From Callorhinchus milii (lineage: Eukaryota), in the NCBI RefSeq assembly GCF_018977255.1, contig NW_024704772.1:930001-994000 (forward strand): a DNA stretch of 64,000 bases, in the 5' to 3' direction. The notes below the pieces were generated by a model that worked only from the letters and a program-made list of their open reading frames with translations, was not told where the DNA came from and ran no database searches. Made by a program: the position numbers and the translations under genes. This document shows, one piece after another, positions 1 through 25,400 of this stretch. How positions within the stretch are numbered: position 1 is the stretch's first letter; each line of letters begins with the position of its first letter.

Positions 1-100
1 TCCAACATTCAATATGTTTGTGCCCGGACTGCTCCATTATTTTGGGGTTGAGGGCGTGGGGGAGGGGGAAGTTGCTTTGGGAATGTGGACGGATGGACAG

Positions 101-12282
<12,182 letters not shown>

Positions 12283-12584
12283 TCGCCAATCCCTCAGTGC
12301 ACCTGCTGAGAAGGGACTGGCACGTCCTTCAAAACAGTGACCCTAGGGAGTGAGTGAGTGAGTCAGAGAGTGAGTGAGCAAGAGAGAGAGAGCGAGCGTG
12401 GTGAGGGAGGGAAGCCAGCGAATGTGGGAAACGGAGTGGAGCAGATTAAGAGAGGAACGGGGTGGGGGGAGTACGAGGGGAGGAAAAGCGACAACAGGTT
12501 GGGGGGAAAATTACTTTTGTGCGCTTTTTTTTAACAAAACGCTACAGCAATGAGCTGAGACGCAGTGGTGAGAGCAGAAGCTAC

Positions 12585-12720
12585 CTTGCGGGTGTCCAAC
12601 CACCGAAAAGAGGAGGTGAATAGAGAGAAGCTCCTCCTTTCCTCTCCGCTATGTGCAGCTCAGCTGGAAGTGAAGCAATTGTGCACCATCCTGCAGCAAC
12701 CACACAGCCGTTTTCAGTGA
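12585..12720 (-). promoter_or_regulatory. Candidate GRAP2 non-coding first exon and haematopoietic promoter
   Basis: Minus-strand donor AAG|gtag at 12585. E-box CAGCTG, ETS GGAAGT and RUNX AACCACA cluster at about 12655-12705. The ATG exon has its own acceptor at 12302, so an upstream exon is required. Confidence 0.4.
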
Positions 12721-15719
12721 CGGGGGGATAGGGGGGGCCATGGGGGCAGGGGCGGAGGTGAAAGATACCATCCCGTGCAACTACTCCACTCTAAACTTTT
12801 TTTTAACCCCTTAAGAATAAGTCGCTTTTTACATTGCTGCAGAGATTCCTAGCGTGTGTTCGCAGTACACAGGGGGTCTGTTTAGACCATGTCTGTGCTG
12901 GTGTTCCCTCCACACACACCCACACACACACCACACACACACACACACACACAGAGGAGCTCTCCACTCTAATCCCATTTCCTCGCTCTTTCCTCCTATC
13001 ATGTCTGTGCTGGTGCAGGCTCCCCCTCACACTGGAGCTCTCTAATCCCAAATGTGGTCAAATCCACGAGAGAGGAGAGAATAGAGACGTACGTGAGGGG
13101 GAATGAGGATGGCACAAGATTTATGTGGAGCAAACACAGGTACTGACAAACACAGGAAGATAGGAACAGGAGTCGGCCAAACCTGTTCTGCCAATCTACG
13201 AGATCATGGCTGATCATATAGAATAGCGGAAGAGCGTGTTACCACTCTGTACAGTCTACATAATTCTATATGAATTATGCTGCCGTGTGAATTTCAATTT
13301 TTGCAAAGGTTCAGTTCCAGATTTTACTGTACCGCCACAATTTCCTGTTAGTTAATACTCACAGAATGTCAATGTACATCATCAAAGGGAAGGGAAGCAA
13401 CTCTGCAGTTCAGAGTTTCAATCCCCCCCACCACACTCGTCTTTACTCCCCCCACACCACACCCCCCCACTCTTCTGCTCACTCCATCCGCTCCACTCCA
13501 TACACACACCGCACACACCTATCTTATCAATAATAATAAAGAATTATTATCTCCGGAAAATGATCCGCCAATTGACTAACAACCGGGTTCTTTCTTACTG
13601 CTAGGTAAACAGAGGCATATGGCGTAAGGAACCTTGCCTAAGATTTCGGCCTGCCCGGGAATCGAACCCAGGTCCTCTCGTTTATGAGGCGACTGCTACA
13701 GAACTCCATGAAAATGGTTAGACAGCATTTGAGAAATCAAGACTTGAGATGACACAAGGGTTTGGGCTGGTGATTTAGAGTGAATTGGAGCATTGGTCCT
13801 GAGATCCACAGGATCAGTTTGGGTGAAGAAAACCCTTTGGCCCATCTGATCTCATCACTCCAGAACACCCGACCCAACCCGTCACCCCATCACAGCTCCT
13901 TTTCAAACGAGTCCCAGCTTCCTCGCCTCAAACAATTCTTCCTGATCACCCCAATTCCTATTCCATATAAGCCTCCGGGCAAACAATATTTCCTGGTGTC
14001 TGCCCTGAAATTGCTCTTTGCAAACCCATGCCCTGTTTCTCTGCTGTTCAGCAGATCTGAAAGTAAAAGACGGCAGGCAGGCTTGTTCAGATACAGAATG
14101 CTCGGTTGGGTGTCGTGGTTGAGGCAAGTTCTGTATCGGTTTGTCATCTCAGACACAAAATGCAGTGAGTTGCACAGAATGTTACAGCACAGAAGCAGGC
14201 CTTTCAGTCCAACCAGCCCCCGACAGTCTTTATCTTCTGCACAAGCTTCCTCTCCACCTCTCTTCCCTTCCTTCTCGGGTAAACATCAACTTTCCTCTTA
14301 AATATGCTGACACTTTCTGATTCAACCACAGTTTCCTTTCAGCGAGTTCCACATTCCTAACACTCTCTGCTTAATGAGGTTCCCACCAAACTCCATTTTT
14401 GATGTTGCACACAGCATGAAGTGAATGAAGGGTTTATCTGGAGGGATTGTCAGCTGAGACACTCGGAGAGAAAAACTCCCTTCTCTCTTCAAAAAGTGGG
14501 ATCAATATCTGTCTCAAAAGGCGCAGACAGGCCCTTGGTTTAACGTCTCATCTTAAGGACGGCATCGCCGACAATGCAAAGCTCCCTCTGCACCACAGTG
14601 AACTGCCAACCTAGACCGATGGGTCTCAAGCAAAGTTTTCGAGTGACCTCAGTGTGCAACCACCAACACTTGCTCCACACACACTGTTCCTCCACCCCAC
14701 GCAGAGGGGGGGCGATTGTGGCTGCACAATGGCCCATAGTGGCCGCATTTGAGAAACGCTGGCCTAGACTGACTCAAGAGGCGAGACTGAGCCAGGCTGA
14801 TACATTTACGGCCTCTCACTTTTGGTCTCACCAACTCATGGAAACATTTCATCAAAGCGCACCTTATCAAATCAAATCCTTCCATAATCTTAAAACACCT
14901 CTATTTGGTCTCCTCTTCATCTAATCACCAGAGATTAAACCTCTAGCCTGTAATCTGTCCAATTCTTCTTGATAGCGGTGCGTACTTGTAACATACCTCG
15001 TAAAATCGATGCTCATCTCCCTCCCTCCGATACCCTTCCTGTAACCAGAACTGCACACAGTCCTCGTGTACTTAACACCCTAAAAAAAGAGAGTAATATG
15101 TAAGTGGGGCTGAAGAGATTTCAGGAGACACCACAGTCACCATACAACAACTTGCATTTACACAGCGCCCATCTAAGCGGGTTAGTCCAGAGGGAGTCAG
15201 GCACGGTGGAACGAATGGACAACACGGCGCCTTTCGCGTCAGGAGGACGTCTCGAAGCGCTTCACAGGCTCGACCGCCAAGTGTAGTGACTGACCTGCCG
15301 CACTTGTCAATTTCCCACAGAAAAACCACCAGAGCTTTTCGAAAAGACCAACGGGGAACGGTGGGGGGAAAAGAAAGAGAGGGCAGATGGGACAGGAACG
15401 GGACAGATTTGACTGGGCGGAGCTCTTTCCGAGAGGGACGGTGGGGCCTAATGGCCTCTTCAAGACCATTTCTGCCCATTTCTGTGGGTGTCAACAACAA
15501 CAACAACCATTGCTGTCGGCCATGGATTTGGACTCGGGTCACACCGTTGGACCGTGAGCCTCGGAGGGAGTCCGACCACCCTCGCCTCCTCGGGGGATGG
15601 AGGGGAGTGAAGGGGGAAGATGCTCTGGTCACCGTGTGGCCCCTTCATTGGTGTCCATCTGGTCAACGCCAACCTGGACAGTCAGTCCAGTCAGGCCATC
15701 GAACTGTCAACTGAACACC

Positions 15720-16500
15720 TCAGCCCTCGAAGCTGATTGGTGGAGTGAGCTGTCAATCCTGCGTAACACCCGGATATCCTGCAGCTGATTGGCCAAAAAT
15801 CTGTGTCCCGCCTCCTCCCCCCTCCAACGGTCGCTGAGCCCCCGCCCCCCCCACCCGCCCCCAAAGGCGCGTCTCGTGCGGCGACCGTTAATCAAGCGGA
15901 AGCTGGTAGGACAGAGAGGCTGTCAATCAAAGGGAGACGCGCGATCAGATTGGCTACGATCGAGCTAAGTCCCGCCTCCCACCACGATCATGCAGCGAAG
16001 GGTGGGCAAGGCGGGGTGTGTGGGTGGAGGCGTTTGATTGACAGCCCCGTCAAGGGCGGAGTCCCACCCCCGCCTCGCCATTGATCGGCGAGGCTGTCCG
16101 TCAAGTGGGACCGCGACGCGGATTGGTCATCGAGTCGGCGTTAGTCCCGCCTTCGGCGGCGGTGCGCGCTGACGTAAGGACGCACGGGGGGGTGGGGAAG
16201 TGGGTGGGGCGAGAGCGAGCGGTTTGATTGACAGTCGAGGCCTGCCGGGCGAGCGGGAAGGTAAGGCGGTGAGTGGGTCAACGGTTGTCGAACGGTAAAC
16301 GGTTCATTCAGCGAGGAAACCGCCAAACCGGGCCGGGCCCCGCCGTTTCCGTCACGTTCGGCGCCGCGGAGACGCGCAGGGGAGCGACGGTCGCTCTCCT
16401 TCCGCCTCACCCCCTCGCCCGCCCCCGGGAAGGCCTCAGGCCTCGGGCTTTCCTGCGAGCTCAGGCCGGAGTCGGCGAGGGGGGAAGGGAAGGGAGCGGG
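15720..16500 (+). promoter_or_regulatory. CpG-island promoter and non-coding exon 1 of the epsin gene
   Basis: CpG-rich. ATTGG (NF-Y) at 15736, 15788, 15949 and 16122. PBX/PREP decamer TGATTGACAG (either orientation) at 15920, 16035 and 16225. GC boxes present. Strong donor AAG|gtaagg at 16260/16261. Confidence 0.75.
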
Positions 16501-17214
16501 GTGGCAATTCGAGGCCCTCTCCCCTCAGGGGATCGATGGGCGGACTTGACTTGCCCCGTGCGGCCTTGTCACGTCCAAGTGGCCGCCGATGTCACCGATG
16601 TGACTGCCTTTAAATCCCCACCCACCCCAACAGGAAACAGCAGCCACCCCTTCGGTGCAGGGACCCCCCCCCCTCCCTCCCTCCCTCCCCCGAACCATCT
16701 CAAGGACAAGCCCTCGGAGAGAGGCACTTTGAGGCAGAAACCTTATCGCGTCTTTGAGGCGGCGCAGAGCGCTTCGAGGGCGTCGCGCGTCGACCGTGTG
16801 GGACCGTATCTCGTGGGCGGAACGCAACAGCCGATGACGCACAGCGACGGACCCCCCCCCCCCCCCCACGTGTAGGGTCGTGGATCGAGTTGTCCCATAA
16901 TTATTATTGTTCTTATTAGGACTTTTTGTTTAAGGGGTTGTCTTCGATCGGCGCGGCCTCCAGAAGCGGTTGCTCCCCGAGGAATCCGCCGCCCTGTTTT
17001 CGTGGTGTTTTTGCCCGGTGTTTGGATCCCTCCTCCCTCCCTCCCAACTGTGCTTTTCCATTTCTGCGTTTGGCCGATTTTAAGGAGAGCGATAAATAAT
17101 TGCAGCGCCTCAGTCCCCCGCTCAGGTGTGCGCTTTGCCTCGGTTAAACGCTCCCGGGTGAAGGGCGCTCTGTAAACCCGAGTGATTGTCTTTTCGATGT
17201 GATGGTAAGGCTTG

Positions 17215-17645
17215 GGTATTTGACGCAGAGCCTCGTCACTTCGGGAGGATGTCTCGAAGGCGCTTCACAGGATTTCAGACTGAAGTGCAGTGGTTATGTG
17301 TTGTAGGCAAAGGCAGCAGCCAGTTTACACGCAGCGATGTCCCCCGCAATCAGCAAGAAAGCGAATAGCTATTTTTATCTTGAGGGATTTTAGGACCAGT
17401 ACACAGGGAGAGAGAGAAACTCGCTTCTCTTCCCGACAGCACCACAGCGGATCTTTAACGTCTGCCTGAACAAGGCGCAGGCGGGGAGCTCGGTTTAATG
17501 TCTCATCCGAAGGATAGCATCTTTGTTAATGAGGCGCTTCCCCCCCTCCTCCCCATTGCACTGGAGTGTCAGCCTAGACTGAGCTCAAAGTCTCGATGTG
17601 GGTCTGACTCACAGATGAGAGGGCTGCCAACTCATCCAGGCTGAC
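17215..17645 (-). mobile_element. SINE family A copy
   Basis: Antisense head, body and tail. Confidence 0.75.
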
Positions 17646-19494
17646 GTAAATGCCTTGACTAAACTGAAGTTTCAATTTGCTGTCTAAAAAATGTTGCCAG
17701 TAACTTGCATGAATTGCACTGCCTTAGGAAAGGTTGTGGGATGTTAGTCACTCGTAAGGTTTCAGATGATGGCTTGAGCCGTAAGTCGACGATAAATCAT
17801 GATACTTAAACTTAATCTAAACTAACCTGAGAGTTCCACGCATCCCACCTGCAAAATCTGGAATGTGCACTCTTTCACTGTAGAGACACATCCTGCTTAC
17901 CTATTCCTGGAGATTATTAGGCACAGGTTGGCGAGAGCCAAGGATGACCCCAGAGTTTGCTTCGTGATAAATGCTAGGGTCTAACCAGCTAAAACCGCAT
18001 AGTTTGTCATTGGGAGCATTGCCTGACAAGCTTCCTGCTGCTTGTCCATCCAGGATCACAATATCTGCTAGGGCTTTGGCTTGCAGGGTTAACAGCAGCA
18101 TCCTGGCCTGAGCATCGTGTCCCAATAACCTGTTCAAGTCATTAAGTACCCGCTGTGTAAAGAGATAATTTCTGGTGCCCTAAATTTGCCCTTCACATAC
18201 CTTAACCTGTGCCAATATGTTCTGCTGCCTTGTCATATCTGAAGCTGCTGCTTGGATTTACTTTCTCAATCCCTTTTAGCACCTTATACTGTCTACTCCT
18301 CTACAAGGTTCCCTTTGAGATGTCCATTTTCCAAGGATAAGTCATATATCTGTTTCTCACTGAGAAGAGAATGAAGGCAGCTATGTTTATTTTAATCGCA
18401 CTGTAGAATGCCTCACACAGAGGCACTGATATTGGCAGTGTTGCAGCTCTCTGTGAGACATTTTGATGCAACATTTCAAGCTGCTGTGACTTAGTATTTG
18501 GCTGAGTGAAGGGCACTCTCAAAATGGCACCTTCCTGACTCGGGGTACCCTCGCTCTAATCTAACCAGCGTTTCAATATGAAGCCACACCTCGGCTCAAC
18601 ACCATTCTCCATGTTGTGTGAATGGAGTTGGCTTCAATGAAAAGAATGTGAGTTTTCTGGCGGAGTAACTCAAATAACAGTCGCTGAACTGGAGAGAAAA
18701 TAATCCTCGCCTTTGACATAGTGATTGGACTGTAATGCTTAAGTCATCTTGGAGTACTTCACAAGCTTTCTCTAAAGTGAATTGACTGTATTTGTGGCCA
18801 AACCCCCCAAAAATGGCAAGAGCAAAGACGCCTGATATTCAAGTGTCTCTTCTGGCTACTATTATCGGTCGATTGAGGCGAGAAAAAAAGCCAGAGTTGC
18901 ACTCGCTTTATGACTTGTGGAGGCACAGAATGAGACCCAGGAAAGCCCAGTGTGTCTAAACGTGAGGGCTGCAGTGTTGAATATATTTAGGTCTGAATCC
19001 TAAAGAGTTCTGACTGACTTTTGCATTCGGCTTGGCTTGAGCTGTGCAATAATAATAATAATAATGCTTGCATTTGATAGAACCTTATCATGTGGTCACA
19101 AACGTCTCAAAGCGCTTTGGTACATCCTGTAAAGCGGTGTGACTTGTGTAGGAGACAGAGAGGATAGGCAATGACAGTGCTCGGGTCCGGGGTGGGCAGG
19201 GTTATGTTTTGGGGCTGGAGCTTGTTGTTTTTGGATGGAGAAGTTGAGCAAAACTGCAGCCGTGCTAACCTGTCAGTGACGTTCTTGTTACAGGCAGTGA
19301 CCGCACATCATGCGGCGGCGGAGGAACTCTGGTCAGAGCAGAGGAGAGCAGCCGCGTGACAAAAACCGCACCGTCGAGGCAACATGTAGCTTGACCGAGC
19401 GAGGAGGACGATAAAAGAGCACTTTCCTCGGGGGGAAATAGTTGCCGGTTCGATGCTCTGACCAACGAGGAGGATCCCTTAAGGAAAAGGCATC

Positions 19495-22400
19495 ATGACG
19501 TCCTCATCGCTTCGGCGACAGATGAAAAACATTGTGAACAATTACTCGGAGGCCGAGATCAAAGTGCGGGAGGCCACCTCCAATGATCCCTGGGGGCCCT
19601 CCAGCTCACTGATGGCCGAGATCTCGGACCTGACATACAACGTGGTGGCATTCTCCGAGATCATGAGCATGATCTGGAAGCGGCTGAACGACCACGGCAA
19701 GAACTGGCGACACGTGTACAAAGCCCTGATGCTCATGGACTACCTGATCAAGACGGGTTCGGAACGCGTGGCCCAACAGTGCAAGGAGAACATCTTTGCC
19801 ATCCAGACACTCAAGGACTTTCAGTACATCGACAGGGACGGAAGGGATCAGGGTAAGAACGTAAGAATTTGCTAGGTGAAGGAAGAACTAAGGTCCATCT
19901 AGTTCACCTTCCACCATCCTGGCTGTCGCTTGACATCGTTGTATCCCAAACTACATACTGTAACCCGAGATATTGTGGAGTCCTGTAGCAGAGTGGTTAG
20001 AGCACTCGCCTCCAAGCGAGAGGACCTGGGTTCGATTCCCGGGCAGGACCAGGTGAAATATTGGCCAAGTTTCCTTACTCCATGCACACACACCCCTGTT
20101 TACCTAACAGCAGGTAGGAGCCGGTTGTTAATCGATTGGCAGATCGCTTTTCTGTGGAGAATAATCTTTCCCTTTACAGTCGATTCACTTTACAATGTAT
20201 TCTGTGAAGCACTTTGAGACATCTTGAAGACTTGATAAGGCGCTATATCAAATGCAAGGATTATTATTATTTGAAAAAGTGTAGTGACTGTGTTTCTGTA
20301 TTCAAACGCGGCAGTTAATTTGGTGCAGAACAAGATACCATATCTGATTTATTGAGATTGCTGTTAACCAGGAGACTGGGGCAAAGCTCTCTTCTCTCTG
20401 TTTTTAATCGCATTGTGAGATCTTTAACATCCTCTCCAGATGGGAGCTCAGATTTTAAAGTCTGATCTGAAGGATAGTTTCTCTGACAGTGCAGCACTCT
20501 CCCAGTATTGCACTGGACTGTGAGCTCAGTGATCCTGACTTAGGGCTGGAACCCACCAAGTTATAGTTCTGAGGGAGGGAGGGGTGCCAATTCAGCCAGG
20601 CTTGACACCTACTTAGTTTTTGATCTACAAATATCTCTTTAAGAGCGTGAAAACATTTAGCAGGTCTCAAAGGTGTCCATGCCTGAAAAAATCCCCGCAG
20701 TTTCTGGTGAAGAGGAAAAAAAAGTACACAAGTTTTGATTATCGACCGATAAAGATTGGGGCTATTCTCAACGGCTGGAAAGTCCTAATTGCTGGAGTTC
20801 AGAGCCCTACAGACGGGCATAGAGAATGTGGGTGAGGGGATACGGGTTGAAGAAAAGATTGAGGCCATCATGATCAAATTTTTTGCTGAGCGCTTGTGGC
20901 TGGGCTCACACAGAGTGACCACTTGGGACGAGGTGCCACGTTTTAATCGGACTTCGGTGCTTTGAGGAGCAACCAAAACAATAAAAAAAAATTCGACTAC
21001 CATCTTTAGATTGTTAGAACTTTTTCAGATCAGAAGAGTTGTCGATTGGACCCATGATTTCCTACTGTTAAAAGATTTTAAAAAAGGGTGTGCTTAACAC
21101 CGTTCAGTTCTAATTAAACCCGTTCTGTCGTGCACTTCGAGACGTTTCTTCACAAGAGACGCGGTGTCAATTTTAACTTGCTGTAGAGAGAATCGTGGAT
21201 GCCTGTGGTGGGTGTGGTTGCTTACAAAGTTCTGGTCTGATCAGTTAGAGGAAGACGCGTCAGAAATAAATGGTGTCGTATTAGCAGCCCGACTTTTAAG
21301 AGCCTGAGATTTTAAGACTGAGGGCAAATAAAAGTGTTCTCACAATATTAATAATCCTGGCATTTGATACAGCGCCTTATCACGTCTTCGAGACGTCTCA
21401 AAGCGCTTCACAGAATATACTGTAAAGTGAATTGACTGTACTTTGTGGGCGAAAGGTGGCAGCCGATTGCGCACAGCAGTGTCCCACAATCAGTCGTGGA
21501 TTGAGTGACCAAATTATCATTATTTTGGAACGGATTATCACGCGTGAAAAAGCAATCCGCCAGTCGAATAACCACCGGGTTCCTACTTGTTAGATAAACA
21601 GAGGCGTGTGTATGGAGTAAGGAAACTTGCCCAACATTTCATCCCGCCCGGGAATCGAACCCGGATCCTCTCGCTTACAAGGCGAGTGTGCTAAATGCTG
21701 AGCTACTCCACTCTTGCTGGTGATTGGGAGGTACAAGTATCAGGTCAGCAATGGTGGTGAGGCCAGTGACCACAGCGGTCACCGATCATCTGCATAAGCT
21801 TTGTTTTGGTGTTGGCGACTCACACCAATGCTTCAGAATCTTTATAAAAAGAAATTACGAGCTGTGTGAGTGAAACTGTGCTGAGATCTAGCAGCCCTGT
21901 CTTGTTGGTCTGTCTGAACACACCGCATCATCCATATCAGGAAATGTCTGACTAGCTACTGAGTCTCGCCCAAAGAACCAGTGCGGGGAGGAGGGGAGAG
22001 GAAGGGAGACTACCAAAACATATTTCGTAGAATTTCACAGCACAGAAGGAGGCCTCTCAGCCTTTGCGCCTCTCTGTGAAAGAGCTCTCCATTCACTTCC
22101 ACTTCTTTGCTCTCCTCCCACCCCCACCGCACACACACGCACACACTCCCCCTCCCCCTCCCCCGCCCCACACACGCAGATGCACCCCTTTGTATTTTTC
22201 TTTTTAAAATATTAGTCCAATTCCCTTTTAAAAATCTGTTACGGATTCTGTTTCAGACTCCGTTTTTGGTTTCCTCGGTATTCTGTGTCCTAATAACTAT
22301 CCTTTGTATGAATAAAAATGACACTTCCTTTTATTTCGGTGACTATCTTACATTTATGCCCTGAAATGACTGACTCACCACTCACGGGAACTAGCTTCTT

Positions 22401-25400
22401 CCTGTTGAAGGGGGCGGGGAAATCAACCAACAACAACTTGCATTTATATAGACAGATGGTGCCTGTCGGGCAGGTTAGCATCTCGTAGCGCCACGATGGA
22501 TCCTACAGCTGATTATTATCGGATGTGGAGTGTGGGAACATTGGATGAGTTTTGACTGTTAAGTGCTGGGTTATCGGGAAGTTTACTTGAGTTCGAGAGA
22601 GACATTTGCAGCGAAAGCAGGCAGAGAGAGAGAGAGAGAGAGAGAGAGGTGTGTGATCTCAAGGCCGTGGTGGTTGGTACATGAAGCTACCTGTTTAACC
22701 TGGCTGGGTTGTCCTGTGGTCGATCTTGCCGCACATCCCTGTCTGTCGGTGAGTTGATTTTCCTCGGAATTCTTGTTGAGGTGCGGTGCCTCTCTTCCCC
22801 AGGATTAGCTTCGCCTTGTTTTATTGTCAGCCGCCTCAGACACGCAAGTGACAGCTTCTCGGTGGCAGAAAACAACAATTTAGTTTCTGTTGTGTCAGCG
22901 GTTTTCACAGTCTCTATTGAAGGCTGAAGCCCTCTTTATCTCGAGGTTCTGTGGCCTACATCTCCAGGTCTATAGTTGACCACGTCCTTTGTCGAGTGAC
23001 CGCGGTCACAGTAAACCAATGGTGTGACGGGGCAGCTTTATTGTGTCTCTGAGATGTCTCAAAATACACCGTCAAGTTAGTTAACTGTATGTTTTGTGGG
23101 CGAAACGCGGCGACCAATTGCGCACAGCAGCGTCCCCACAAAGAGTCGTGGATCATAACCAAATTATTTTTACTTGGCTGCCGGGGGCCGGGCGCCTATC
23201 AGATGCGTGCATTATTATTTATTATTATTATTGTTCTTTCTTCCCTGAGCAGGCATCAACGTGAGGGAGAAGTCCAAGCAGCTGATCGCCCTGCTGAAAG
23301 ATGACGAGAGGTTGCGTGTGGAGCGCAGCCACGCGCTCAAGACGAAGGAGCGGATGTCCAGCGTGACCACAGCGGTCGGCAGCAACAACCAGATCATGTT
23401 TGGCCGGGGTTCCAGCCACCCCAACCTGTCCACCAGCCAGTCAGACGAGTGCGGCAAAGTGGGCGGCTCGCCGGCCTCCTACCACGGCTGTAAGTGCGCC
23501 CGGGACGTTTTCGAACGCGTTGATTTTTAAAATCCCTTCACTCCCTGGCATCTCCCTACCCGTCCCGACCCGCTTACTCGCAACCCACAATCCGTTCGGC
23601 TGGCTCTGGCCTCCTGCACGTTCCTCGTGCCCTCCGTTCCACCATTGGGTGGGGGGGGGGCTATGCTTTTAGCCACTACGCCCTGCAACTCTGGATCACT
23701 TTTCCTCTATCCCTCTGCCTTGCCCCTTCCTTCCCCATCTTCAGGCTGCATCTGAAGACCTTCCTCTTCGCCGGCCACCTCCCCTCCCCCCGGCCTCTTG
23801 CGGTGCTGTAACGGCCTGATTCTGGGGAGATGAAGACGCTAGATGTGGCGAGGATTGTGTTGCTCTGATTATGATTACCGCACTGTTTCCCTCTCGCCAG
23901 CGACTTCCCCGAAGATCTCCTCGGAGCTGGAGCAGACGAGGCCGCAGACGAGCGGGGAGGAGGAGCTGCAGCTACAGTTGGCGCTAGCCATGAGCCGCGA
24001 GGAGGCCGATCAGGTGCCCGCCCGAGGAGGGGGCAATATCGAGGGCTTGCCCAGGGAGCTGGTGGGTTTGTCTGCCTCCCCGTCCACATTCCCTGTCCCT
24101 GTCCCATCAGGACGCGGTGCATGTTTGAGAAGAGAGAAAATAGACGCAAAATAATAATAATACTAATAATCCTTAGATTTGATACAGCGCCTTATCATGT
24201 TGTTGATGTGTCTCAAAGCGCTTCACAGAATACATTGTAAAGTGGAGTGACTTGTGTTTTGTGGGTGAAACTTGGCAGCCAATTGCACACAGCAGTATCC
24301 CACAAACAGTCGTCGATTGAGTGACCTAATTATTATTTTGTTAAGGGATTTTTTTACCCCCAGGAAGCAATCCCTCAATCAATTAACAACCAACCTACTG
24401 CTGGGTAAACAGAGGTGTGTGTGTGGAGTAAGGAAACTTGCCCAACGTCTCGCCTGTCCCGGCCGGGTATCGAACCTGAGTCCTCTCGCTTGCGAGGCGA
24501 GTGTTCTAACCACTACTCTACGGGGCTCCACGTAACTGACCGGGTGTCACGTCAGTCAGTGGGACGCTGCCCGCTTTCGGGGAAACTGTTCTGTCCCTCG
24601 TATCCTATCAGAAACTTCTCCTCAAGTTGGTTAAGGCCAACGACGACTCTTTGTGGATCAGTGCTTCGTATTACACTTCACTTAACGGCTCGGCCTCTTT
24701 ACGACGTGGCCACACAAAGCGTTTGACCCCAGAATGGTGGCTGCCCAGTGTAACCAGAGCGCACACACTCGCTCTCTCTCTCGCTTTCCCCCACACAGAT
24801 TTTCAAAGGTGCCCCCACTACCAGCCAGCAGAGGAGTGTCGCGTTGACACTGGGTGTGCAGGTAAGGCTGACCATTACCTGGATTGAGAGAGTAAACTCC
24901 GCGCTCACAGGACAGAGGCGGATGACTGACGGGCTTTCCAACCTCTCCGCAACTGAGCCCGGAAGAAAGATTGATCACGCTTGTTTTTTTTTCTGGGTTC
25001 AAGACCCACGTCCGGACGTGAGCTCACAGTCTACGCTACCTCAATCCCTCCCTCCGCCTTTCCCTCTCCTTTGCCCATCTCTCACCTGAAGACCAACCCA
25101 CTGACAGTCACCCGCTTCCCCGAACCCCCCCCCCCGCCCGCCCCCCCACACACCCTGCTCGGTGTTGTACTACACCACTATTAAGCGCTCTGAGATGCGT
25201 GTATGTGAAGGGCACTGAGTTGCAGTGTCTGTCAAGGGAGGGAGGGGAAAGTGTGGGAGGGGTGGTGGGGAAAGGAGAGAGGACCGATGTTTTACGCCAT
25301 ATGTTGCTATGCGCAGGGGGACAGGCGACGCCGGGGAGATGACTTACGGCTGCAGCTGGCGATGGAGGAAAGCCGACAAAAACTACAGATATCCACAGCC

